Below are positions 51,294 through 64,000 of a DNA stretch of 64,000 bases, piece by piece. Both the position numbers and the translations under genes were made by a program. This stretch comes from Yuukianura sp. NJ FZ-2021. Taxonomy: Eukaryota. The DNA lies in NCBI GenBank assembly GCA_046563655.1, contig CM102285.1, positions 4,030,001 to 4,094,000 on the forward strand. Direction: 5' to 3'. The notes below the pieces were generated by a model. It was not told the DNA's origin and made no database searches. It saw only the letters and a program-made list of their open reading frames with translations. Every line of letters begins with the position of its first letter. Positions within the stretch are counted from its first letter, which is position 1.

Positions 51294-54200
51294 ATGGGCT
51301 TTTTGAAGAAATTGCCATGGTTGATGATCGTATTTGGAGGTGGCAGCTTGCTTGTGCTTATACCCATGATGCTTGGTGGGTTTAACGCCATTTTGCACTT
51401 TGGTGTTGCATATGTAAGTCAACTATACTTTTCATGTAAAGAAACAGTGATCTTTTAAGTTCTGAACATTAGTTGTGATTTAAACAAAGTGATCAAAACT
51501 ATTAACCAACGCAGTACGGCTCTCCCTTGGGTTCAAAAACTAATATAAAATGTTACAATTTTTATGTTTTTAGGCAACTCGCATTGTGGAAGGCACGCCA
51601 ACTTGGCAAATGTGGCAGAAAATTCCAATTCCGGTAAATGACAATTATTTCTCTTAGATGTTAACTTCCATACACTTCTACGATGGTTTAAACTGTTAAT
51701 TACTTTGTAGGTGTACCTACGGGTTCGTGTTTTTAATATAACGAATCCAAAAGACATCATCACCGGAGCTAAACCCAGACTTCAAGAAGTTGGCCCTTAT
51801 GTATACAGGTATTTACCGCTACCTTGACCATTTAGTACCCCTATAAAAATTGTCCTAAAATATGATTAAACGAAATAATCGATCCTGAACATTAAAATTT
51901 CAATGCTGTTTTCAATCAATATAAGAAATACGAATAATCGATATCTTTTCCGCACCAGACATATGCCCAACATCAAAAAAATATTTATTTTTTCCAGGGA
52001 ATCGTTGGAAAAGGTTGACATTCAGGTCAACTCAGAAGATGATATCATACAGTACAGACAAGTCAGAGTTTACCATTTCCAGCCCGCCATGTCAAAGGGC
52101 AAAGAAAGCGACAAGGTCACATTCCTCAACATCGCCTTTGTGGTAATGTTTCATTCGGTTTCCATGCTACTTTTACATTTCCATCCTACTTCTCAAAAAA
52201 AAAAACTTTTCCAAACCCTAACCAACCCAACGCTGTTGAAGTTGGAACCAATAAATTTTTCAACATTAGTTTTCGTATTTTCGTACATGTCGATAAACCG
52301 CATTCCTGTTTTCCACGATTCAATAAAAAACTGAATTTAAGCGTTTTTGAATTAATTATAGGGTGTGGCTAAAATTGCGCATGATTTCACCGATGCGGAC
52401 TACCTTCATCAGACTCTGGATGAAATGTTAACAGCCAAAGGTGAGAAGTTGACACGGACACACACAGTCAGAGAACTACTGTTTGACGGCTTCACTGTCC
52501 AGTCATTCCTAGACTTGGCCAAGGATCCCCTCATTGAATCAGCAGGTAACAATGCCAATTAAATGAGAATGACAGGAAGTTGGGTTATGCTGTGCAAGGT
52601 TCCTTGACAACCGAATTGTATTCCCTACAACCGGTTGGGTTTTTCAAAAATTTTACTTCAAATAATTTTCCCCCCAATTTTTTCCTTAATTCCAATTTCT
52701 TTACATGAGAATGATTACCATAGGAAAAAGTTTATCAAAATTTTTAACAAAATAAAAAACATCGAGTTATTGTACAACCTGGTGTAGAAAAAAACGTTCT
52801 TTTTCAGTGTTGGTGGATATCCACTTTTTTAGCATTTCATCCAGGATATATCCACTGAATAAGTGGATAAATCCGGATGAAATCCAGTTTCCGATGGACG
52901 AAATTGAGTTTCGTCCGGAAGACACCAAAAAACCGGATATATCCACCACTTTCGAGGAAAGTGGAAGAAATATTTTAACCATCCACCAACACTGTTCTTT
53001 TTTGTTTCCGAACCTTGAGGCTATAGTTAGGTTTATTTTAAATTTGTAGATTTAGAAATAATATAATTTGCAATTTGGCATTTTTAGGGGACATCAATAT
53101 TCCATCCCAACTGCTTGATGGAAAGATGGGAATTCTGGAAGGCGTGAGTTTTCAAACATTTGTAATTCCTGCAAGTACTCAAAAGCTGTACTAAAATATG
53201 CTGTTTTTAGAGAAACGGAAGTGATGACGGGACATATCAAGTGCGAAGCGGAAAACATGACTCATACGACTTCGGACGTGTCGTTTCATGGAACGGATTC
53301 AGCATGCTAACAAAATGGAGGGGAGACCCATGCAATTCTGTGAACGGAACAGACGGAATCCTGTATCAACCGTTCCTAGAACGTGACACGGTCCTACAAG
53401 CATTCGTTCCGGACGTATGTCGCTCGTTGACATTTAAAGTAGAAAAGGAAGTGAGGACCAGTGGACTTGACTGCTATCGTTACCGCATGGACGAAAACAT
53501 GTTTGCCAGCGTGGATAAGAACCCGGATAACTGGTGCTTCTGTCATAGTGAAAACTTGACACATTGTTCAATTAATGGAATTACGAGTGTTGCTGCATGT
53601 TTCGAAGGTAATATTTAGTTTTGTGACACTTTATTCGACAATTTAATTTCATGCGTTCGACGTTAAAATTTTTGGTTGACATTGTAGGAGCTCCACTATT
53701 CTTGTCTCTGCCGCATTTCTTGGGCGGTGACCCAATCCTTCGCGAAAATGTGATTGGGCTGAATCCGAATTTTGAAGCCCACTGTGGCTATTTGGATCTT
53801 CATCCGGTGAGCCACATCACAACAGAAGTTCATTTGATCACAAATTTATTCATACCTTTTTGGCCAACATTACTAACAACGTTACTCCTACTTTAAAACT
53901 TGATCTTACGTTTGCAGTTGACTGGAGCTTCAATTCAAGTACGACAGCGGATGCAGTTCAACATTGAGCTCACACCGTATTTGTCTATGCCAACTTTCGC
54001 AGACACTTCGCCTGCAATAGTTCCTATATTGTGGGTTGAGGAAGTAAGTTCAAAACCTAATTTTATGTTAGTTAGGTGTTAGTTAGTTGTCGCATCGGTA
54101 TCACACCAAAATATTGGCAAATAATACTTTTGAATTAATAGGGCGGTGACCTCGATAGTCTTACTCGGACTTTGCTAAAGGTTCTGGACATTGGACTTAA

Positions 54201-54420
54201 AATTTGGGCCATTGGGAAATGGTTCCAACTTGTATTTCTGACGCTCGTTCTTGGTGGTGGCATTGCTCTGTTATACCAACGATGGAAAGCTACCAAAGTT
54301 GAATTGCTGGGGCCACGCCCTGAGGACGACGAGGACGAAGAAGATGATGAGGAATACACTTCAGAGAAAGCCATCAACGAGAAGGAAGAACCTCCGCCGG
54401 AATACGTTCCGTACAATTAG
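51294..54420 (+). CDS. CD36 / scavenger receptor class B family protein
   Basis: N- and C-terminal TMs, [50 protein letters not shown]; acidic cytoplasmic tail. Confidence 0.93.
52805..52994. mobile_element. hAT-type MITE in a CD36 intron (same TIR family as 40119)
   Basis: TIR CAGTGTTGGTGGAT; 8-bp TSD TTCTTTTT. Confidence 0.9.
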
Positions 54421-54971
54421 AGCGGTGTCGCACGTCATATATACATAGGTGATATAATGTAAGGTATACGGTAGGCATCGTGCAATCCTTTAGTTTCGTG
54501 GGTGTCTGTGTAGGCTCCTGTAGCATTACGAACGATTCAACCAACTGAAGCCTCTTATTCTCACCCACGCGCTATGTCGTCTTTACTTAAATAATGTGAA
54601 GACAAGAAGTAACCACTTTCGCTTATTAGTTAGTACATAGTACATGTTGAGTAGTATTAACCAGATCTCTAATAAATAGTAGAACAACAATTTCGGGTGC
54701 ATTCTAATGAAATTGGGTTTGCCCAATCTAAGAATCCGAAGATCTTACCTTATTGACAGAAAAGCTGAAAAAATATAAAACTTGTTAATTTTAATTTTCG
54801 TTTGTAGTCACACAGTTAGCTGTGAAGCTTTTCGCTTAAATCCTGCAAACTAACCTAACTATTGCACAAGCGCATCAATTGGAATATTTGCCAGTTAACT
54901 ACAAACATCAATTACATAAAATGCATGTACTTCTGAAAATGTAACGTAATAATACGCATTTTCGTGGAATA

Positions 54972-55201
54972 CCGTGTTGTTCAGCGAAAAGTAGACACCT
55001 ACTGAAACACAAACTCAAACGTTTGTTTATTTTCAAAATTGTGGGGGGAGATGGGTACCAAATTCCAGAAAATACCAAAATGAATACAAATTCAAACTTC
55101 TACACTCTCTTGTTGGTCAAAATCTCCCCCAGAAATCATAAATTTTCCAAAAAAAATGGCATGGGGATTTTGGGGTGTCTACTTTTCGCTGAACAACACT
55201 A
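54972..55201. mobile_element. Tc1/mariner-like MITE
   Basis: TIR GTGTTGTTCAGCGAAAAGTAGACACC; flanked by TA. Confidence 0.85.
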
Positions 55202-55274
55202 TACACTTTACAAGTTTTAATAGCTTTATGCAGCGATGAAGTTAACATTTATTTCAATTATATTGATTATGCGT

Positions 55275-56257
55275 TTACTCATCAATTCGAGTCAAGTAAA
55301 TTCGAAGTTCTCGGGTTTCCCCGCATAACTGTTGACCATTATCAGTCGCAGTTGGGTGTTGCGTTTTCACATGATGGTTCCTCTTATATACATTCGTAAA
55401 ACGCTTTTGGGAGAATTGACATTGTTCCATGTGCCCACTATGGAGTCGTTTGTAGTACACAAAAGAACAATTAGAAGTCAATTGTTTCGAACAAATATCG
55501 CAGTCAAACTTCTTTCTCCCGACTTCGTGTTGTTTAAAATGATGTTGTAGCCCGGTGCGTGTTACAGTTGCATGGGGGCATTGCGGACATTGAAACGTCT
55601 TCTCCCTAATATGTCGCCTAATGTGATCATCCATTTCCTAAGAATCAGTAAATTAGTAATTAAATAATTATTTCTAATTTAAAAATTAAAGAATAAACTT
55701 ACATGCCTGATGTGAATTTGGTAGTCACAGAATGCACACTGGAAATTATTTGCACTTTTCAGATGCCTCTTTGTGTGCACTGCAAGCCTTGATTTGGTTC
55801 CAAAACTCTTTGGGCATTTGTTGCAATGGAAAGCTGCCTCCTTCGTATGTGTCACCAAATGTTGGTTAAGTGCCAAAGCACTTGAAGCAGCAAATTTACA
55901 AAAACTGCACATAAAGTTACTTACGCCTGTATGGGTGATCAAGTGACACCTAAGATTTTGTTTTGTTTTGAATTTCTTTGGGCAATTGCTGCATTGAAAC
56001 AATTCTTGAGTGTGTTCACGATTGTGAATTCGTAGCTGCTCATTCCGTGCGTAGGCCTTACCGCACACAGAGCAGAGGAAAGGCTTTTCACCGCTGTGGA
56101 TGCGCATATGGCGCGTTAAATGACTCTTTTGGTGAAACTTTTTGGAGCACGTTATACATTCAAATTCTCCAATCTTCGAATGATATTTTAAATGTCTTGG
56201 ATGGTATTCTCCTTTGACGCTTTTCCCGCATTCGGCGACGTTCGTGTTTGTTTCCAT
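55275..56257 (-). CDS. C2H2 zinc-finger array protein, possibly decaying
   Basis: Two finger-coding exons (intron at about 55638-55702); some fingers lack ligands (YYKRLH, CQFSQ); ends ELRIYLTRIDE; 5' end uncertain. Confidence 0.75.
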
Positions 56258-56862
56258 GTGACCATCAAATTGTTGGCAATTAGAATTCCAGCTTCTATAA
56301 AAAAAATTTAGTTGATTTTTTTTCTAAATTCAACGTGTGGTTTTAAAATAAGAAAATATACGTTATATAAATATTATATAAAATAGACACGTTAAGAGTA
56401 GACCTCCGTTTGCTTGTAGTATTAGAACTGCTTATGCTTGCAAAAATTCCACAAGCACTGTTGGCAGATTTCAAATTTGTGTTTATAATGTTTCGAATGT
56501 GAAAACTTTTATTGTTGTATAGAAGTTGGCTTTTCAGCACAGTAAAAGTATACTATGTACTGATAATTGTTTTCCCACATTTCTGTTCGAATTTTATTGA
56601 AAAGGACCTTTCGTTGTACAAAAATAGCTACCGTCCCTTATATTTTTTTAGACAAAGACAATGAGCCAGTTTTGAAATATTTTGTGTCAAGGTGTTTGAA
56701 AATTTTCAGTTGAAAGTATATTTATTGAAGAAAAATGGTACATATGTTTAAGTAACGATAGTTTCCGGCAAAAGTTGTAAACATCCATTTGGCAGTACCT
56801 CAACGTGGTAGCTAAACTAATCACACCTTATGAAAAATCAATTCGATTCGATTCGATTCAAT

Positions 56863-56908
56863 TACTCATCAATTCGAGTTAAAAAAATTCGAAGTTCCCG
56901 GGCTTCTT
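56863..56908 (-). pseudogene. Relic C-terminus of a fourth zinc-finger paralog
   Basis: Minus strand reads EARELRIFLTRIDE*, closely matching 55275-55315 at the DNA level. Confidence 0.75.
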
Positions 56909-57408
56909 ACATTTCGTGACGTCAAGGACTAAGGTTCCGAATGTTGTTTGACCTCAAATGACCTCCTACAATAACAGAGGTCTAGATCATCAATATCCTA
57001 CCCTCTATAATTCATCTGACGATTATTTCTAATTCGTACCTTTTCGAGGAAAAAAATTCAAAAGTATTTTAATTAAACTGTTTTTCGTAAGGCCTAACGG
57101 CGGATTTAGACTGTTTTGAACAAGGTTCACTAGCAGGTAGTGTTGATTAAACATTCATTGAATTTGGTTGTTTTGTGCACCGGAACTGAGCGTTTAATTA
57201 GGACAAGGAAAGAATAGATTGGGTTCATTAGCGTGACAAAATAAAAAAAATGTTTCGCATTTTTTCTAATTTTGACTAGTCACTTCTATATAAAACGAGA
57301 TGAGTTGACCGCCATCTTGAAAACAGTTAAAAAGAAATTGAAAAGTCGACAGAGAAAATTAAAATCTACTTCTTTTTAGAGATCAAAAACTACATCTAGG
57401 CGTCCAAA

Positions 57409-58182
57409 ATGAGGAACAGGACTGTTGTTCTTGTTTTTGTTGTTGCAACTATTGTAAGTTATTTTTTCCATAAATCACAAAGTTTTAAACAATTTTGAAG
57501 TATTTTACATTTCATTTTCTTTTTACATTTTTTTGAAAGGCAATGATACGAGCCCCTGCCCCAGAAATGCCTTGTAAAGAATTTGTGGCAATGTTAACAA
57601 AAAAGCAACTGGGAGGAATCTCCGCTTGTTCCAAATCAATGAAATTCAAAAATCCAAAGGAAAAAGCATCTAAAATGAACTGTATAGTTAACGTTTTAAA
57701 CGACAAAAATCCTTTGGTCACGTGAATTTATGTTTATCCTGTTTGTGCAGGTATTCTTAAATGCGTACTAACGAAAGAGGGTATGCTAGATGCTGATGGG
57801 CAATTTGTGTCTGATGAAAAGCTTGATGGATTCATAGATGAAATTGTGCCGATTAATTTAATGGACAAAGTTCCTCCCAAATTCAAACATTGCAAAGAAA
57901 CCGCTGGTAAGCTATCTATGATATGCAATTTCTAAACCAACGACGAGTATAACAGTTGGATAATTAGAAAATTTAATTTTGTTTCAATTTCATACCTATT
58001 ATTTAGGCAAAAATTTGGACACAACCGGGGATGAATTTTGCAAAAGTTTTGACCCCTTGATAAAGTGCATGCTCGATGTCATTGGAACGGTACCTTAACA
58101 AACACAAAAAATTACTTTGTTTTCTTAGTATCTTCAAGATTCTTACATGAATTTATGTGTTTTGCAGCTCTGCAAAGCCTAA
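57409..58182 (+). CDS. Odorant-binding-protein-like secreted protein 1, 5 exons
   Basis: Signal peptide; C-X3-C (CILKC) and C-X8-C (CKSFDPLIKC); 8 Cys in the mature protein. Confidence 0.82.
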
Positions 58183-58832
58183 TCCCGTGCAAAACGCCTT
58201 CTTGTATCTGAAATGCGTATAACTCGGTCCTACTTCGTAACATATTAATCAACAATGCCAGCCACTTAATTTCAATATTTTTGAATAATCCATAATTGTA
58301 AAGTAAACAGTTAAGTGATTAGCCGAATTAGGTATCTCAAGTAAACGATATTTATTGACCAACTGAATGTGTTTTACTTTCACAAAATTTGAAGTTGAAC
58401 ATCAATTGCCAAAGTTGAGGAATTTTGAACAAAATTACACGTTCAATTCCTGTTTTCTACATATAATGAAATCTTTAATGAAATTATAATGTAAAAATTT
58501 ATAATAATAAAACCTAAAAAATTGCATCTTGTGCTTAGTATGTCCATATAATGTGAAAAACGTTTTTCATCATGTGAAAATCTTACTAGTAAGCCCTTCC
58601 GTACGTCTTAAATTGATGTTAAACAATGTTATCGGATAATGACCGAGGTCAACTTGGACGGCACTGAAAAATTTTATACAAGAAGTATTACGCAAGTTAT
58701 TGATGTATCTTATATTATTTTTATGTTGTTATATTATTGTGGGATGTTATATTGTTTAGGCTTTAAAGTTGTCTAAACAGTATGATGTGGGTCTAATTGA
58801 AGTACTCGATGAAATACTAACATATAAGTATA

Positions 58833-59694
58833 CCGTAAATGCTCTAATGCAAGCGCGTATTCTAATAGAAGCGCATACTCTAATACAAGCGCGGTTTCAG
58901 AGGCGGTAAACTGCGATATAAGCGCGGTAACCAACTTGAGTTTAAAACAGAACCTAGAGCAAACAGACATCATCTGTTGGAATTAATATCTTTACTAATT
59001 TGACTCAAATCAAACTATAGCGTTTACATTTTGCCGTTTCCTTTTGAAAATGGTGGAACCAAAAATACGACCGTTCGACATCAGTCGTAATGTTAGTTTA
59101 GTGCGCTCTACTAATACCGCCGCTGGTACCGCGGCTCACTTCGGACACAAGTCTTTAGTTGTCTGAAGCAAAAAGATAAACTTGGTAACAACTTAACTAA
59201 CTTTAAGGTTATTTGGAATGAATTTTATTTTATTGTGAAATGGAATTTCAAATTACCAAATCAAAAGTCGTTCCAACTCTTCTGTACAAATCTACATACT
59301 GAGGGAACGTAGATGAAAAGATTAACTTCATCTTAAAAGCAGTGTTGCTGGATATCCTCTTTGACGTTTCGTCCAGTGGATATCCACTGGATAATTAAAT
59401 TAATTATATCTTATCCGATTTCATCCGGAAGAAATGAATAGAATTGGATAGTAATTTCCACCTAATTTGATTTAGGTGGAAGAAATATTTTATCCATACA
59501 ACCACACTGCTTCAAAAGCTTTGAAAAAAGCAACAGTGACATAAACTTAATTATTAATTAACCCAAAGTATTAATTAAATTTATCCTCACTTAAACTTGT
59601 TAATTATTCCGGTAATAAATAGTATTCCAATAGAAGCGCGCCCGAAAGGCCGAGAATTCTTATAAGCGGCGCGCTTATATTAGAGCATTTACGG
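58833..59694. mobile_element. pogo/Tigger-like MITE containing a nested hAT MITE
   Basis: TIR CCGTAAATGCTCTAAT..AAGCGCG; TA TSD. Confidence 0.85.
59340..59509. mobile_element. Older hAT-type MITE of the CAGTGTTG family, nested
   Basis: CAGTGTTGCTGGATATCC...CCACACTG; degenerate TSD CTTAAAAG / CTTCAAAAG. Confidence 0.7.
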
Positions 59695-60323
59695 TACTAC
59701 AACTGCTACTACTTCGCCTTATTAGTAGAATAATATGGTCAAGGTTAAGTTAGCCTAGGTCGAAAGTATAAAATCAACGGTACCTAACGTGCGCCAAAGA
59801 CTCAAAAAAATTGGGTAAGAACTTTCAGCACTTTTCAACAACCTTGACCTATGACCTGAAACATTCAATTGCAAGAAGCCAATGTACAGCTTCACAGAAA
59901 TGTGATACATTTCTGTGTATCACAGAAGGTGATACAAGCATTGCTGTTTGAAATCTGTGTTTATTGTCAATTTCTAAAGTCCTCTGCATTTTACTTCATA
60001 AATCCAAAAGTTTTTCTCCCATTATAATGAAGCAAACCACAGCGTGAGTCAATTGTTTAGCGCTACGCAATGAAGTATGTAGAAAATTTTATGCAATCAT
60101 CTGAAAAGTAATGTGAAGAATAATGGGAAGGCTGTAATTGGAGGTAAATAATAATTATTTAAATCAATTAAAACATTTGGAGCCGGAAATCATGATGGGC
60201 CCAACGCTTTCCTTTGTGCCCAAACATCGCTTAAGCAATTAAAGCTTAACTGCGCTAAGTTTATAAATAACCCTGATGTGTCTAATATCATGCCAGTTGC
60301 ACATTCCTTTTTTCGTTTTCAAA

Positions 60324-61124
60324 ATGAAGGTCTTTCTACTTTGCACAGTTTTAGCGACTTTTTGTACGGTAAGGCCACCTTATTCCAATGTTTCCACAAA
60401 ACTTGCAAATTTTAAATTCACAACATTTTTTTCTGTGTTGATGCAGTTTGTCTGGGCTGAGAAATCATGCAAAGAGTTTATCACTGATACAATTGATAAG
60501 ACGATGCAGTCATTTTTCTCATGTAAAAAGGAAATGACATTTAAGTCTGAAGAGGACAAGCTATCTAAAATGACTGTGAGGACAATACTAATATTTTTTA
60601 GAACATGGTTTGAAAAGCAATCAGCCAACTATTTTTAAGTTCTCTGTATAAGTTTTCAAAATTATGAAGAAAAATTATTGGTATTTTGCTTTGATGATGT
60701 AGTGTATCTTGGTATGTGCGATGAAGAAACAGAAATTTTTGTCTCCAGAAGGATATGTAGATGAAACGTCGTTACTAGCATATGTTGAAAAAGAGATTCC
60801 GTCGTCCGTACAAAACAGGGCCATAGAATTGATGCTCAAATGCCAAGAATTCGGAGGTAACTGGCTTCAATTTTTTTTTAAAACGAGTTTATTGTTTATA
60901 GTTCTCTATCTAAACGCCAATAATATTTCCAATTGGAAAAATTAAATTTCAGCTGCCCTTGACGCGGATGAAGAGAGGTGTTTGTCCTATGGTGGATTGC
61001 TCAAATGTGCACTTAGTGTCGTGTTTAAGGTATTTACAAGTTGTCATCTATTATCCAAATTGCATTGCTCAAACAGTGTTTCCAAAAAAAATATTTTTTT
61101 CTGGGAATTTAGGTGTGTAACTAA
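60324..61124 (+). CDS. Odorant-binding-protein-like secreted protein 2, 5 exons
   Basis: Signal peptide; CILVC and CLSYGGLLKC; same exon layout and Cys pattern as 57409-58182. Confidence 0.82.
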
Positions 61125-61786
61125 CCGAAGAGGGCGTGGATTTTGGATTCATACTGTGTCTTACTGTTGCTATAAGATTTATACAAGGCAGTATATTAAA
61201 GAAGTTCAGTCGACAATTGTCCACTGAACAAAATATTTTAGCGCTTTTTAAATGTTCCTTCCATTACTTCTGATAGCTAAACCTAACGTGTGGTGCCTAA
61301 AATTCCGTCGTTAGCAGTTCCGTGAATCTAATCGGGATAAATGCGCCAAAAGTTTTCGGGGTACTATTTGCAACTTTCTGATGGAATTAATCCACACAAT
61401 CAAATTTCGTATGGATGTAAAAAGTAGTTGGTTATTGCGAACATATTTGTCTGTCTTAATAACTCCACTTTTAAGGGTTTTTTTTCGAAAAATTTTCATT
61501 ACTGAGTTCACTTAGTTTTAATCGCGGTTGGTATGGTAAACGGAATTGAAAAATTTGGAGAGATTGGCAAGTACAAAATAGAAAAGGAGTTAAAAGGTAG
61601 AAAAAACAAAAAGGTTAGAAAAAAAGTAAGAAAAAATTGTTTGACTTAAGATTTTTCGATAACAGGACTTATTGTCGAACCTGTTAAGGGAAAAGTATTT
61701 CGTTGCTATAGCAACCTTGGGCTGGGCTAAATAAACTAGCAAGAATCAAAAGAGGTCCCAATTTTGAGCTGCTTTTACTTCAGTTT

Positions 61787-63211
61787 TCAGTCATCAATTC
61801 GTTTAAGGCAAATACGAAGTTCTTGAGTTGGCAGTCTGGACAATGTACATTCTCCTGATTTTTGGTGTTGTAGCAATTTGGACCGTGAGGTGAAAACTGC
61901 GTCTTTGCAGATACACTTGCTGCATTTGATTTTCAAGTTTCCATTTTTCATCGGCAGTACTTTTGACGTGCGATTAGTATGCATTTGTTTCAGATGTCGC
62001 CTATAGGTACTTGGATGCGTAAATTTTGCTTGACAAAACGGACATTGATGTTCCTTGTATCCGCTGTGAGTTCGTTTGTGATAGACGAGAGAATTCTTAT
62101 GACGAAGTTTCCTAAAGCAAATGTCGCACTCGAACGTCCGTCTTTTTATTCCATGTGTTTCCAAATGACTTTTGAGCCCTCCAACTGTAGTAGCTGAATA
62201 TGGGCAATGTGGACATTGCAGAATCGTCTCACCGACGTGTCGCCTTATGTGTGAATCCAATCTCTACACAAAATGTAAAAACTGTGTTTAAACATCAACA
62301 GAAACTTTTTCGCTTAAAAAATTCACTTCAGTTCCTAATTTTAAATTCTGGAACTAAATGTTCTTATTCTTTACTAGCGACTAAAACTTGTAGAACTAAA
62401 TTCTAACCTGCTCAATGAGACTCTTATAGTCGCAGTAAGGGCAGTGAAATTTTTTTTTCAAATGGCGTCTGCTGTGGAGTGTGAGGCCGCCTTTAGTAGT
62501 AAACGTTTTATCACACACTTCGCACTTAAACGCTCTCTCCTTTGTATGAATAGTCATATGAATCTGGAGTGATTTAGAACTGTGTGCAGCATGTGGACAT
62601 AGGGTACACATGAACCTGCTTCTGCCAGTGTGAAGTCTGACGTGTCCCTTAAGGTTATGCTTGGTGTTGAATACTTTTGGACAGTGATTACAACGAAACA
62701 TTTCACGTGTGTGCTTTTCGCGTCGGTGGGCATCAAGGTATGCCGATTGCCTGAAACTTTCTGGGCATTCAGCGCAGACAAACGGTTTCTCGCCTGTGTG
62801 AATTCTCATATGCGTTGTTAGACTGCACTTGTAGCTAAACAACTTGTAGCAAATGGTACACTCAAACTCTAGTGGTAACGGGCCCGTGTGTCTTCGTACG
62901 TGCAGAGGAAGATATTTCGCCCTGAAGAGTTTCCCACATTCTGGACAAGGCTTCATGTCCGCCTTTGAATGTGTCAATAAGTGACTGGTGACTCCATTCT
63001 TCTGTCCAAACCTTTTGGGACATTGAGGGCATTGGTATGGCAATTCAGTGCTGTGTACTACCCGGATGTGACTTGTCAAAATAGTCCTCAGTTTAAACTT
63101 TTTTGGGCATAATGTACACGTAAATGGCCTCTCTGTTGAATGTACCGCCAAGTGAGACTTCAAATACTTTTTACTTTTTAACTCTTTTCCGCAATCCTGG
63201 AATGTTGCCAT
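61787..63211 (-). CDS. C2H2 zinc-finger array protein, about 12 complete fingers, apparently intact
   Basis: Exons at about 62409-63211 and 61787-62263 join in frame through a split finger (CPYC...EQ|RLDSHIRRH); ends ELRICLKRIDD. Confidence 0.9.
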
Positions 63212-63590
63212 TTTTCATACCTGTGAAAGTAATATAGTTGAAAAAGTGCAAACACGGAATAAAATATTTATAATATTTATAATACAAATACAATGCAAGT
63301 ACTAAATTTGCTAAATCGCAATTAGTGGTTGATAATTCAATAGCTTGCTTCAAAACAAATTCGCTTAATAATAATGAAGAATTTTTTACAAACCCAAATT
63401 AGTAAATAGTTTTAGTTTGTTTGGTTTCTCAATCTCTTTTTCACAACAATGCACTCAATTCAAAAAACAAATCGCAACAGCACAAAGTATTAAAGTAATT
63501 TTCTTTCTTTTTATTCATATTATATTCGTGCGAAGCATCAACTAAATATAGTAGGCAGATTGGTTCCCTCCCAATGTTTCAAAATTGTTT

Positions 63591-64000
63591 AAATAAACCG
63601 GCACTAAACCGGAGTGTTCAAAAGTAGCGAACGATGGCGATGCGTTGTCGATGCTCACGCAGATACATAGTTGAGAAATAATGCACTTGAATGGCAAAAG
63701 GGCGAATAGCTGGCCTGTGACCGAGAAAGAGGTCAGGTAGGGTCACGTGGAGTACATAAATATTTGTCTCGGTGAAATTAACAACTTTTGTGCAAGTCAT
63801 TTTCCCCGCATCTGGTTGACGATGACCTATGACCCAAGAGGGAGTTGATCCACAGGGATGATATTCAATGGTATGGACATCTTGGTGTTGAGCAGTCATC
63901 CCTAAAATTTTGACGCGTTTCCGAGAAAATTGCCGCTGACAGACGGCCAGCCAGACAGACAAACAAGGTCAACGCATAAAGTAGCTTTCGCTACTTAGTA
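63591..64000 (-). mobile_element. Second HINE/DINE-1-like element, related subfamily
   Basis: Same subTIR AAGTAGCGAA at both ends, AAGTAGC-TTTC-GCTACTT palindrome, CAGA microsatellite, terminal CCGG...CCGG stem-loop. Confidence 0.75.

Overview
Eukaryotic, AT-rich, intron-containing genomic DNA. The gene families and short introns suggest an arthropod, probably a springtail (Collembola); this is inference. The window opens with a 233-bp tandem array interrupted by a young, intact BEL/Pao LTR retrotransposon, and the array runs into a chemoreceptor-like pseudogene. Then come a PVR/VEGFR-like receptor tyrosine kinase, a signal-peptide-bearing SEC14/CRAL-TRIO gene, an LRR-like membrane protein, and a full-length ABCB transporter whose two ATPase domains both lack catalytic residues. 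Two GR-like paralogs bracket a bacterial-type CAP gene that sits between Helentron-like (HINE) copies, plus a Penelope fragment with a minimal hammerhead ribozyme. The rest holds an Sp-family transcription factor, a GH1 glycosidase, a CD36/SR-B receptor, two OBP-like genes, a C2H2 zinc-finger family in birth-and-death with a conserved C-terminal ELRIxLxRID motif, and many MITEs and palindromes. Exon structures were deduced by eye from GT-AG sites and are approximate; no database searches were run.
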